Of a stretch of 64,000 nt of DNA, positions 46,866 through 56,981 are shown in pieces; the stretch's first letter is position 1; each line of letters starts with the position of its first letter. The notes under the pieces are model-generated. The model saw only the letters and a program-made list of their open reading frames with translations. It ran no database searches and was not told where the DNA came from. The DNA is from an uncultured Fibrobacterota bacterium (GTDB lineage Bacteria > Fibrobacterota > Chitinivibrionia > Chitinivibrionales > FEN-1185): NCBI GenBank assembly GCA_963753345.1, contig CAVWBU010000019.1, forward strand, positions 1-64,000. Direction: 5' to 3'. The position numbers were made by a program, and so were the translations under genes.

Positions 46866-47318
46866 TGGGCGTTCCCCGCGCCGAAGGCGCGGGTCGGTTC
46901 TCCCTCCGGTCTCGGGCTCGCCCTCGGGCCGCCTCGGCCCTATGCATTTTGTGGAGACGTAGCGTGGTACGTCTCCACAAAATGCCGGGTCCGGACGGCA
47001 CCGCTCTCTAGAGCGGCCTCCGGTCGCCCCTAACGCGCGGCATAAGTTGGCATCCGCAAATCACATGTGCGCTTCGCAATAAATACAGAACTTCTCGGGG
47101 AACAGTTCCCCCTCTCCTGGAGGAGAGGGGGTCAGGGGGTGAGGCCTTCCACAATGGTTGCGTTGCGAAGGGACGACGCTTCGCGAGCGTCAGCGAGTGA
47201 ACTCGCGCGGCCCTTCGCAGGAGGGGGTGTGCCCCCGGATCGCCGCCGCGTTTGAAAGGATGTTATAGTTGACGCGGCGGAAGCCGGGGGCCAGGGGGAA
47301 ACGCGAAGCGGTGCCCCC
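46866..47318 (+). repeat. Structured repeat, copy G (complete, divergent module 2)
   Basis: TGGGCGTTCCCC...CCCTAACGCGCGG. REP-like insert at 46951-46978, inverted boxC-like hairpin at 47108-47144, module 2 with replaced stems around GGAGGGGGT. Confidence 0.85.
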
Positions 47319-47334
47319 ACCAGGTATTGATAAA

Positions 47335-50146
47335 TTAAAATTGAAATTCTATCCCCAGCGCCGGGCGGGTGATGTCGGAAATGAACTGCTTCTCGGTGTA
47401 GTCGTAGTTCCAGAAATACCCCCCGGTTTCCGGGCTCTTGTAGCCGTAACCGAAGAGATTGCTCAGGTTGGTCACGTCGAGGTAGATGTCCCAGATCCAG
47501 TTCTTAAAGATAAACTTTCTCTCGTACCGCATGTCAAGCGAGAAGAACGGGTCCATGCGCGCCGAATTGGTCGCGCCGTACAGCGGAACGTACGAACGGC
47601 TGGTGGCGTCGAACCACTTGACGCCGAGCACCGGCGTGGTGGGGTCGCCGGTGACGTAACGGACCCGGGCGCCCAGCTCCCTGTTTCCCTTGAACCTGAA
47701 GCTTCCCACAAGCTGAAGGTTGTGGGTCTCGTCCTTGCCGAACAGGTCCCACTTCTGCTCGTCGAAATTGTAGCGCTCGCTTCTTGACAAAGAGTATGCT
47801 ATCCAGCCGAAGAAGTGTTTCCCCTGGTCGTGGCGGATCATGACCTCCAGCCCGTACATGCGCCCCAAACCGTCGCCGTAGTATTTCTCCACGTCGGTCG
47901 GATCGGCCGCGAGATCGGCGGCGGTCGGCGTGCGGGCGAGGTCCCACTGGCGGTTGTAATAAACCTGAACATCCGCGTTGACGAGGTCGGTCGCCTGCCA
48001 TTCGTACCCCAGAACGTACTGGCTCCCCTTTTCCGCGGGCAGGTTGGGATTGCCCCACACCTTGTCGATTGACTCGCCCATGGGCTGGGGCGTCTCGTTG
48101 TAGGTCCCGAGCGATCCCTTTATGGTGTGGTTCTTGACAAGCTCATATTTCGCCGCAAGCCTCAGCGACGGCTCTCCGGACGTGGGCTGGCTGTTGCTCA
48201 TGTTGTAGTCCCAGAATTCCGGGATAAACGCCCCGTGGTAGTTCCTGAGTTCCGGATAGTAGTCGTACCGCAGGCCGGGCATTAAAAGCAGCTTTTTAAT
48301 GGGACGCCATTCCGCGTTGACATACGCGCCGATGGGCCCGAACGTGTACTGCGACGTGTCCTTCACGATGCTGTTCTGCGCGTTCGGAATGAGGAGCGTG
48401 AGCTGGTAGGGGACAATCGACATGTCGGCGCCGAAGTTGATCTTCAGGCGGTCGGAAAGGGACCATGCAAGCTGGTCGCGGAAGTAATGGGCGAGCTCGT
48501 CTCCCTGCATGTTCAAGAACCCGAACGCAGTAATTCCGGTTACATACTTGGTGAGCGAATAGCGCATTTCGTTTTTCAGCGAGGGATCGATGTCCCAGTC
48601 CCAGCCAAGAATTCCCATGTCGAAATACTGCTCGCTCGAGAGTTCGTTGGTGGCGCTGGTAATGTCCGAGCTTCCGCCCCGGACCTGGCCCGTAATGAGG
48701 TCGAGCCTGTCCTTCGAGCCGAACAGCGTGAGGTAGAAATGCATGTCCTTGTTGGGCTTGTAGTCGGTCCGGAAGATGTAGTCCCAGTAAAACGGCACCG
48801 CGGTAAAGAAGAGATTTTCGTGGAGCACGTCGGTAAGCACGAAGTTAAGCACATTGGCGATGTAACTCCGCCGCAGTGTGAGCAGGAAGGAAAGCTGGTT
48901 GGTGATGGGACCTTCGACGAACACCGACGCGTCGAAGAGGTTGCCGTCGAGGTAGCCGTGGAGCCTGTCGGTCTTCGGTTCGCGGCCCTTGATTTCGACG
49001 ATGCCGCCGAGCGCGCCGCCGTACCGCGTGCCCCAGCCGCCGGGATACAGGTCAACCGTGGCGAGCGCGTCGGAATTGTAGGTGGATTTGAGCCCGCCGA
49101 AATGAAACAGGAGCGGCAGGGAAACGCCGTCGAGAAAATACCGCGTGTCTCCCGTTCCGGACCCGCGCACGATGATGCCCGCCGCGTCGAAGGCCGACCG
49201 CGCCACGCCCGGAAGCGCCAGCACCACCTTGACGGCGTCGCCGCCCAGGCCCGGCACTTTCTTGACTTCGTTGAGCGTGAGGGTGTATTGCTCGACCTCT
49301 TTCTTCTCGGTCTTTCCGTACACCACGATTTCGTATTCGCTGTACGAAAATCTCTGGATGTGGTAGGTGATTACCTTTACCATCCCCCGCTGAATCGATT
49401 CGTTTTCGACAAGCTGCTCGTAGCCGGGGCACACCACCTTTATGGTGATGGGGCCGCAGGGGAGCGAAGAGAAGCTGAAGTTGCCCGCCGAGTCGGTGAG
49501 CGTCACGACGGCGTTTTCCTCGCAGTGCTGGTTGCCGAATTTGCAGATTTTCTTCAGGTACGCGCCGAACGGAACGCTCAGCGAAGAATCCGCCGTGGTG
49601 TCGCGATAACTCACAATGACGGTCGCGTCGCGAACAGGCGCGCGCGTGCCGCGTTCGAGCAGCCGGCCCTTGAGGTTAACGTATTGTTCGATTTTTTCGG
49701 CGACTTCCTGAAGGGAGAACCGGTAGACATATTGCAGGATAACCGGGACCGGCCTGCCGCCCGCCTTTGCGGGCGCGAAACTGAACCGCTTTGCCGCCGC
49801 CGCTGCGCTTGAGTCGAGCAGCGGATAAAACCCCCGCACGATCGCCACCGAATCGACCCTGCCGAGCGTGTCCACCACGAGGTCGAGCACCACCGCGCCC
49901 TCGACGCCTTTTTTGACAAGATCTGGCGGATACTCTGCCTTGACAAATTCAAGAAGCCGCGGCATGGAGTCGATGGCCGGGAGGCTGTCCTGCGCCGCGG
50001 CGCGGGAGGTGTCTGCCGGTGCGGAAGAGGAAGGGGACGGCCTGATGAGGTGCGCTTGTGGTGACCTGGGCGAATGCGAGCGCGGACGCACAACCGATAA
50101 CGAAGCACCCCAGGCGAACCTTTGCGCTGCAAACCGGCAATCGCAT
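47335..50146 (-). CDS. TonB-dependent receptor with N-terminal TonB C-terminal domain. The signal peptide is in a different frame (+1 shift near 50040-50065).
   Basis: EYPPDL..GVEGAVVL...G.V TonB-C motif, plug-like LPGV...IIVRGS, C-terminal LGIEFQF. ATG at 50146 gives MRLPV...ALAFAQ out of frame by one base. Confidence 0.85.
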
Positions 50147-50148
50147 CG

Positions 50149-50940
50149 TCACTCCTGCAGAAGCACGTATCGGATCGAGAAGGTTATCCACGTCGCAACC
50201 GGTTTGCCGTCTCGCATGGCCGGGTCGAATTCAAGTTTCAAAAATAACTCACGGGCGCTCTCGCGTGTCCCGTACCCGAGGTCGTTGAGGATCTTCACTT
50301 CCTTCACTTTTCCGTCGCCTCCCACGAGCAGTTCGGCCCGGACCACGCCCTGCACCTTGGCGTCGATCATTTCCTTGGTGTATTCGGGTTTGATCTCCTT
50401 CCTGAGGCGGGGCGCCGTGGCCACCGTGGTGATCGACACAAGCGGTCCGGAAAGGTCCTTCCTGGTCGCCGTCACGGTGTCTACGTCTTTGTCAAGCGTG
50501 TTCCCGAGCTTGCCGATCACGGCCTCCGACACCGACCCGCCCGCGCCGATGCCCATGGAATAGACGCGCCGCAGGCCGAACACCGGGCGCGCCGCGTCCT
50601 TTGCCTGCACCGGGGCGTTCTGCACGGGCGCGGTGAAATCCTGCTTCTGGTTGAGCAGCGGCGCCTTGGTGAGGTCAACGGGTTTTTCTTCGGGGGAAAC
50701 GGGCTTGGGTTTGGGGGCAGGCGGTTTTTTCTTTTCGGGAACCACGAATTGCGTGGTGACGGAAATCACCCGTTTCTCCTCGTAGCTCACCGGAAGCGGC
50801 TTGACGGTCCTCAGGTACAGACCCGCGCCGAAGAAAAGGAGAAGCGTGACGCAAAGGACGACGCCGAACAGGTTGTCGTGCGACCGCCGGGGCGGCGCCG
50901 ACAGGAGTTCGAGGGTGGCGTTGTCCATGACTGCCGCCAT
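50149..50940 (-). CDS. tonB: Energy transducer TonB
   Basis: N-terminal TM helix, Pro/Lys-rich linker, PEYT...VQGVV...FDPA..DGKPV. Confidence 0.88.
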   Translation of the reverse strand: MAAVMDNATLELLSAPPRRSHDNLFGVVLCVTLLLFFGAGLYLRTVKPLPVSYEEKRVISVTTQFVVPEKKKPPAPKPKPVSPEEKPVDLTKAPLLNQKQDFTAPVQNAPVQAKDAARPVFGLRRVYSMGIGAGGSVSEAVIGKLGNTLDKDVDTVTATRKDLSGPLVSITTVATAPRLRKEIKPEYTKEMIDAKVQGVVRAELLVGGDGKVKEVKILNDLGYGTRESARELFLKLEFDPAMRDGKPVATWITFSIRYVLLQE

Positions 50941-50943
50941 AGG

Positions 50944-51399
50944 CTAGTCCTCAATGACAAGCACCGAAAAATCGGTAAAGCCCGCCTTGCTGCAGGTGTA
51001 CATGACGCGCTTGACAATGTTGAATTCCAGGTCCCGGTCGCACTGGATAATGATCCGCTTCGATTCGCCGGTCTTCCTCCGGGTGAGCCACTCGTACACG
51101 CCGCCGACGAGCAGATCGGGCGACGCGGCGAACGACGCGTTGGCCGCGAGCTTTCTGCCGTCGGCAACGACCGCGTCCCGCGTGATCTCCACCATCAGGC
51201 TGGGACTCGGCTGCTGCTTGGAGGACGACAGGGGCAGGGTGAGGTCCGACGACGGCGTGACGAGCGTGCCTTCGGCGTTGAAGCTCTGGATGAGAAAGAC
51301 AAGGAGGAGCGTGAGAATGTCGATGAGGGAGGTCATCTGCGGCTTGATGAGGTCGCCGATGCCTTCCGCCGGGGAGAATTTCTTTTTGTGCAGGTTCAT
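50944..51399 (-). CDS. exbD: ExbD/TolR family protein
   Basis: MTSLIDILTLLLVFL, IIIQCDRD. Confidence 0.88.
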   Translation of the reverse strand: MNLHKKKFSPAEGIGDLIKPQMTSLIDILTLLLVFLIQSFNAEGTLVTPSSDLTLPLSSSKQQPSPSLMVEITRDAVVADGRKLAANASFAASPDLLVGGVYEWLTRRKTGESKRIIIQCDRDLEFNIVKRVMYTCSKAGFTDFSVLVIED

Positions 51400-51911
51400 C
51401 GTGCACTTACCGGAGCGCCGGCCGGGTTTTCCGTCGCGCTGGCGAGGCTCACTTTTTCGAACCCGGTCTTCTTGCATGCGTCCATGATGCGCACCACGTA
51501 CCGGAAATGGATGCCGTCGCGCGGGGCCACGATAACCTCGTCCTTGACGTCTGCGCCGGCGCGGCGGACCTGCAGCTTGGAAGCGAGCACCTCGTAGGGA
51601 TATTCGTCGCCCGTGCGGGGAATGGAATCGAGCAACGATTCGCCCAAGGTAATGAGACAGTACGATTGCGCAACAAGAACGGTAATCTTTACTTTCGGTT
51701 TTTCGTTCGCGGCGCCCGGCGCGGCCGCCGCGGTCACGTTGGGCGGCAGCGACATGTCGATGACCGCGAGGTTCGTGTACACCGCCACCGACACGAGAAA
51801 GGGGATAAGGATGATGAGGACATTCATGATCGGCTTGACGTCGACGTCTATTTCCGCCTCGATGACCTCGGACGGAAGAAACCCCTTTTTCCCCACCGAC
51901 AGCGTTTTCAC
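51396..51911 (-). CDS. exbD: ExbD/TolR family protein
   Basis: VKPIMNVLIILIPFL, VVRIMDAC. Confidence 0.85.
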   Translation of the reverse strand: MKTLSVGKKGFLPSEVIEAEIDVDVKPIMNVLIILIPFLVSVAVYTNLAVIDMSLPPNVTAAAAPGAANEKPKVKITVLVAQSYCLITLGESLLDSIPRTGDEYPYEVLASKLQVRRAGADVKDEVIVAPRDGIHFRYVVRIMDACKKTGFEKVSLASATENPAGAPVSAR

Positions 51912-52540
51912 GGCTTGAGCTTCTTCATGAAGTTGAGGGTCTTTACCACCGAATCGTCGATCATTTTTGTCAACTGCGTCTGCTTGTTGTAGAGTGCGGT
52001 GTACGCCACCATGCAGGGCACCGCCACCATGAGGCCGAAGGCGGTGCAGTTCATGGCCTCGGCGATGCCGGCTGCGAGCATGGTCGCCTTCTTCGACGCC
52101 TCCACCGAGGCGAGCGACGAAAACGACGCCTGCAGGCCCGAGATGGTGCCGAGCAGTCCGAGCAGCGTGGCGATGTTCGCGAACAGGGAGAGATAGTTGA
52201 GCCGCTGGATGAGCTTCGGCATCTCGATGATGGCCGTCTCTTCAATGCCCTCCTCGATGTCGTGCACGCTCATGCCGGCGCTAAAGCGGTCCACCGCGGT
52301 GCGCAGCATGGCGATGAGCGGCGCGCCGCCCTTCGCAACGACCTTCTTCGCTTCTTCGGCATTGCCGCTGCGGAGCGCCGAGGCGATTCTGGAAACCAGA
52401 ACGGGCCCGCTTGCCCTGCAGACGATAAAGTAGAAGAAGACCCGTTCGAGCACCACCGCCGTCGAAATCGCAAGCACGGTCAAAATGACCCACATGAAGG
52501 GGCCGCCGGAATTGAAAAACGTAGCGACTGCATGAATCAT
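51908..52540 (-). CDS. exbB: MotA/TolQ/ExbB proton channel
   Basis: ATLLGLLGTISG, GIAEAMNCTAFGL. Confidence 0.92.
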   Translation of the reverse strand: MIHAVATFFNSGGPFMWVILTVLAISTAVVLERVFFYFIVCRASGPVLVSRIASALRSGNAEEAKKVVAKGGAPLIAMLRTAVDRFSAGMSVHDIEEGIEETAIIEMPKLIQRLNYLSLFANIATLLGLLGTISGLQASFSSLASVEASKKATMLAAGIAEAMNCTAFGLMVAVPCMVAYTALYNKQTQLTKMIDDSVVKTLNFMKKLKP

Positions 52541-52752
52541 GGAGTATTCGCTCCTTGTAAATGAAGGATTCTGGGTGTTTGTCCGGGAATTGAAAGCACG
52601 CGGACTCCGGCCGCGCGGACGCCATAGCGGAAAGGCCGCGACGAAGACCGACGTTGAAAATTACAACTGGCCGCCGTATCTGCGCCCTTATTTCCGCGAA
52701 TTGCACCGGCGGTCGGTGAAAAGCACGGCCGCAGCGTTGCGTTCTTTTCCCT

Positions 52753-54453
52753 CTAATGGTGGGCGCTGGTGTAAATCGCCAGAATCGTTGAAATGGTCAC
52801 CGCAATGGCCGACAGAATGGGAATGGCGACCAGGGTGAGGAACTTGTACTGTTGGGAATCGGGCACGACGATGACGTCCCCTTCCTCCAGGACGCCGGTT
52901 TCCTTCACCTGTCTCACGGAGCCGTAATAGGTGACGACGACCGAATTGGTCCTGTCGGCCTTTGAGGAATACCCGCCCGCCAACCTGATGTAGTGGTCTT
53001 TGGTGCAGCCCGCCTCGTAGGGATACGCGCCCGGCCGTCGCACGCTCCCGCTCACGTAAACGCTGTACTCCTTTTTCGGCACCACGATTTCGTCGTCGGG
53101 CTCGAGCATGATGCCGCTGTCGTTGTCGGAGAATCGAAGGACCGTAAAGTCGTTCGAGAAGCTCATATGGTTGAGCCCCGAGTTTATCTCCGGCCGTACC
53201 GAATTGTCCAGCACGCTTACACTCACCGCAGATTTTGCCGTGCTGTTGCCCTGCCGTTCGTCGGCGAACATTTTCTTGCGCCGTATCACGTAGGTCCTGT
53301 CCGGGTTGCCGAGCGCCGTGGCGCCGCCGGCCTGGCTCATCACGTCGGCGGCCTTGGTCACGTTCCTCACCAGGGGATACACGCCCGGTCGCACGATTTC
53401 CCCCCGCAGCGACACGGTTGCCACCTGCGGGTAGTTCTCCTTTTCCGCTACAATGACAAGGTCGCGGTCACGGAGGGTGAAGGACCCCGAATCACGTATC
53501 GAGACGATTTTCGTGTACGCTGTCCGGTCGGGATTGGTGCGCTGTATGATGATGTGGTCCGAGTCGGCCGACGCGTCGAGCGAAAACAGGGAAAGAAAAT
53601 CGGCAAGCCGTTCGTCTTGACGTATGGGAACCAGTCCGCTCACCTGCGCCCTGATAGATCCGGCAATCATCGCGCGGCGCCGGGCGAGCGAGAGCCTGAT
53701 GTTGTCGCCGGGATACAGGTAGGGGTTTTCCGACAGGTCGGCGGCAAGCAGGTATTTGAACAGGTCGAACACGCGCGACGAATCACGGTTCCGGCACTCT
53801 ATCTCGCGGTAGTTGTACTCATTGAGCGAGGGGACCACGCCGTTGTTCGCCGCCTTTATTGCGTCGAAGAGCCGGAACGTGCCGGAGAGCCTGTAGCTCC
53901 CGGGACTCGACACCGCGCCAGACACGCTTACCACCGCCATCTTGGTCTTTGCAAGAGAGACATACACGTCGAATTTCTTCTTCAGCCTGGAGGAGACGAA
54001 TTCGGCGATAATCTGCTTGGCCTGCACCAGACTGGTCTTCCCGATCTTTATGATGCCGAGCTCCGGGATGTACACGTCGCAATTTTCGTTTACGGTCCCC
54101 GTGTACTGGATGGAAGGCAATTCGACCACCGAGATCTGAAACACGTCCCCGCCGCCGATAATGTACGCTTCGGGGATGATGGAGTTGTCCGCAAGCTGGT
54201 CGGTTGAACGGATCAGCTCTTCGGTCTGTGCGCCGGGGAGCAGCTTCGAATAGGCCTTGAGGTCCGAGGGCGAAGGGTCCAGTGCGCTGGAAGGCGCCGC
54301 GAGGAGCACCGCGACGAAAGCGGCACCGAGAACGATCCGGCTTGACGACAGTGACGTATTCAGAGTGCCGAGCTCCTGGTGATCGGTGAAGCGCCCGACC
54401 TCGACCGGTCGGGCGCGGGGAAATCCCCGCTCAGCCGGCAGGGGCAACCCCAT
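52753..54453 (-). CDS. SLBB-repeat polysaccharide export-like protein (start uncertain, possibly CTG at 54363)
   Basis: YIIGGGD export N-domain, repeated V.V.G.V..PG.Y SLBB motifs, C-terminal hydrophobic helix. Confidence 0.82.
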   Translation of the reverse strand: MGLPLPAERGFPRARPVEVGRFTDHQELGTLNTSLSSSRIVLGAAFVAVLLAAPSSALDPSPSDLKAYSKLLPGAQTEELIRSTDQLADNSIIPEAYIIGGGDVFQISVVELPSIQYTGTVNENCDVYIPELGIIKIGKTSLVQAKQIIAEFVSSRLKKKFDVYVSLAKTKMAVVSVSGAVSSPGSYRLSGTFRLFDAIKAANNGVVPSLNEYNYREIECRNRDSSRVFDLFKYLLAADLSENPYLYPGDNIRLSLARRRAMIAGSIRAQVSGLVPIRQDERLADFLSLFSLDASADSDHIIIQRTNPDRTAYTKIVSIRDSGSFTLRDRDLVIVAEKENYPQVATVSLRGEIVRPGVYPLVRNVTKAADVMSQAGGATALGNPDRTYVIRRKKMFADERQGNSTAKSAVSVSVLDNSVRPEINSGLNHMSFSNDFTVLRFSDNDSGIMLEPDDEIVVPKKEYSVYVSGSVRRPGAYPYEAGCTKDHYIRLAGGYSSKADRTNSVVVTYYGSVRQVKETGVLEEGDVIVVPDSQQYKFLTLVAIPILSAIAVTISTILAIYTSAHH

Positions 54454-54582
54454 TCTGTCAAACAGTGAAAATACTATCCAGACGCTCTGCGCGCATAAAA
54501 AATGGGGCGGAAAGCAAGCTCATAAACTAATTTATGAATGGAAAACCCCATGGCCTGCTTTGCAAAGACAAGTTTACGAGCG

Positions 54583-55371
54583 ATGAAACAGTTTATTGCA
54601 GAAATCGTGTCTCACGGTCCCGTGTCCGACTGCTTTTTCGAGCTTGTGTTCGCATGGGACACGGCAGCAGGCGTGCCCGGCCCGGGCCAGTTTTGCACCC
54701 TTCGGGTGTCGCCGTACACGGCGCCGCTGCTCCGGCGGCCGTTTGCCTTCTCGGCATTCGACCAACAGGCGAAAACGGCGTCGATCGTCTACAAGAAGCG
54801 GGGACCAGCCACCGAACTCCTTTCGGGCAGGCAGGCGGGAAGCACCATCGACGTGATCGGCCCGCTGGGCAACGGCTTTCTGGGCTTTGCCGCCGGCTGC
54901 CGCGGCCCTTTCCTTCTCGCGGCCGGCGGCACGGGCCTGGGCCCCATCGCGTTCCTCGCGAATCATTTCGCAAAAAGCAATAGTGCATGCACGGTCGTCC
55001 TCGGATGCAGGACGCGGTCCCAGCTTCCGCGCCTGTCCATGCCTTCATCGGTAAAGGTGATTACCTGCACCGACGACGGCACCGACGGCATCCGGGGCAC
55101 TCCGCTCACGTATCTTGAGGCTCTCACGCCATTGCAATGCCGCGGCCTCACCGTCTTTTCCTGCGGGCCTGCACCGCTCCTTGCGGGCTGTTACCGCTGG
55201 GCGCAGGGGCATGGGCTGGGCTGTTATGTGGCCATGGAACAGGTGATGGCCTGCGGCGTAGGCGCGTGCATGGGCTGCGCGGTGAGAGTGACGGACGGCG
55301 GTGCAAACGGCTTCGCGCGCGCCTGCACCGAAGGTCCTGTGTTCGACGCCGGGAGGATCGCGTGGACCTGA
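54583..55371 (+). CDS. pyrK: Dihydroorotate dehydrogenase electron transfer subunit
   Basis: PGQF, LRRPF, GPLGNGF, MACGVGACMGC...CTEGPVF. Confidence 0.93.
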   Translation: MKQFIAEIVSHGPVSDCFFELVFAWDTAAGVPGPGQFCTLRVSPYTAPLLRRPFAFSAFDQQAKTASIVYKKRGPATELLSGRQAGSTIDVIGPLGNGFLGFAAGCRGPFLLAAGGTGLGPIAFLANHFAKSNSACTVVLGCRTRSQLPRLSMPSSVKVITCTDDGTDGIRGTPLTYLEALTPLQCRGLTVFSCGPAPLLAGCYRWAQGHGLGCYVAMEQVMACGVGACMGCAVRVTDGGANGFARACTEGPVFDAGRIAWT

Positions 55372-56270
55372 GTGTCGCAATCGGCACCAAAAAACTCCCG
55401 AACCCCGTGGGTGTCGCCTCGGGCACGTTCGGCTACGGCGGCGAATACGAGAAGTTGGTCGATTTTTCGGCCATCGGTGCGCTGTACACCAAAGCGGTTA
55501 CAATTGCTCCGCGTCCCGGCAACGACATCCCGCGCATCATTGAAACGCCTTCGGGACTTCTCAATTCCATCGGGCTCGCCAACGTGGGTGTTGACCGGTT
55601 TATTTCAGAGAAGATGCCGTACCTGAGGGGCCTGCCGTGCGCGGTGATCGTCAATATTGCCGGCTCCGACGCGGACGAATACGCCGCAGTGCTCGAAAAA
55701 CTGGAAGGGTGCGCCGCAGGCATCTGGGGCTACGAGATCAACGTGTCGTGCCCCAATGTCAAGCACGGCGGCATGGCCTTCGGCACCGATCCCGCGCAGG
55801 TGGAGCGGCTCACCGCGGGCCTGCGCAGGCGCACCAGGAATCCGCTCATTGTAAAGCTCACGCCGAATGTCACCGACATCCGCAGCATCGCCAAGGCGGC
55901 GCAGGAAGGCGGCGCCGACGCGGTCTCGTGCATCAACACGCTGGTCGGGATGGTGGTCGACACCGCCGCAAAGAAGCCTGTGCTGCCCTCGACCGCGGGC
56001 GGACTTTCGGGTCCCGCAATCCGGCCCGTGGGCGTGGCCGCCACCTACGCGGTGAGCAGGGCGGTGAGTATCCCCGTCGTCGGCATGGGCGGCATTACAA
56101 ATGCGAACGACGCACTGCAATACCTTCTGGCCGGCGCATCCGCCATCCAGATCGGCACGGCCAACTTCGTTGATCCTTCAACGGCCTCGAACGTGCTTTC
56201 CGGTATTTGCGAATTCTGCGATAAGGAAAAGATTTCCCACATAGAAGATCTGCACCGGTTTATCCCCTGA
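55362..56270 (+). CDS. pyrD: Dihydroorotate dehydrogenase family 1B
   Basis: ASGTFGYG, NSIGLAN, EINVSCPN, VKLTPN, GGLSGPAIRP. Confidence 0.95.
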   Translation: MDLSVAIGTKKLPNPVGVASGTFGYGGEYEKLVDFSAIGALYTKAVTIAPRPGNDIPRIIETPSGLLNSIGLANVGVDRFISEKMPYLRGLPCAVIVNIAGSDADEYAAVLEKLEGCAAGIWGYEINVSCPNVKHGGMAFGTDPAQVERLTAGLRRRTRNPLIVKLTPNVTDIRSIAKAAQEGGADAVSCINTLVGMVVDTAAKKPVLPSTAGGLSGPAIRPVGVAATYAVSRAVSIPVVGMGGITNANDALQYLLAGASAIQIGTANFVDPSTASNVLSGICEFCDKEKISHIEDLHRFIP

Positions 56271-56386
56271 TTGTCCCTGCATTTATCGAGTGAACGTTTA
56301 AGCGATCCTGAACCATCAGCCATTCCGCGCCACACGTTCGCTTGCCGCCGCTACACATTATGCACGTGTTATGATACAATGATTGC

Positions 56387-56834
56387 ATGACGTACGCTCG
56401 GGCAACACCATTCTCCGGTAATAACCGCAGAACCTGGCTGTTTATTCATCTTATGCATTGTTGGTCTGATCGCCGCGGTTTTGATTTCAGGCTGCGCGTC
56501 GTCAATTCCGCGTCCGCGAAATCCGGCGCGCGGAACGGATTTCGGCCCGCATGAGGGAATGGCCAGCTTTTACGGGCGGGAATTCAACGGAAGAAAAACG
56601 GCGAGCGGCGAGCGCTTCGACAAAAACGCCCTCACGGCTGCGCACCGCACGCTTCCCTTCGGTACAATGCTGCGGGTGACCAATCTTGCCAACGGGAAAT
56701 CAACGGTCGTGCGCGTCAACGACCGCGGGCCTTTTAAGCGGCAACGAATCATCGACCTTTCGCCTGCGGCTGCAAGGGCAATAGGTCTTGACGTCGCGGG
56801 AACCACGAAGGTGAGGATCGAGGCAGTGAAGTAA
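56387..56834 (+). CDS. rlpA: RlpA-like DPBB lipoprotein (possible +1 shift near 56441, in-frame ORF 56481-56834)
   Basis: GMASFYG, TASGERF, TAAHRTLPFG, VRVNDRGPF, IIDLS. Lipobox ISGC. Confidence 0.85.
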
Positions 56835-56835
56835 A

Positions 56836-56965
56836 AATGTAGATTGTAGAATTTAGAATGTAGATTGAAATACAAGAGAGGTTTCTAACCGGCGACAATG
56901 CGCAGCCGCAGCTGAATAAGTCTTTTTTTTTAAATTCTACATTCTACAATCTACATTCTACAATT
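56836..56965. repeat. Inverted pair of heptamer tandem arrays, (A[AT]TGTAG)n and (CTACA[AT]T)n
   Basis: 56836-56870 and 56931-56965 are reverse-complementary arrays of 4-5 heptamers. Confidence 0.85.
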
Positions 56966-56981
56966 AGGTATTTTTCCCGCC

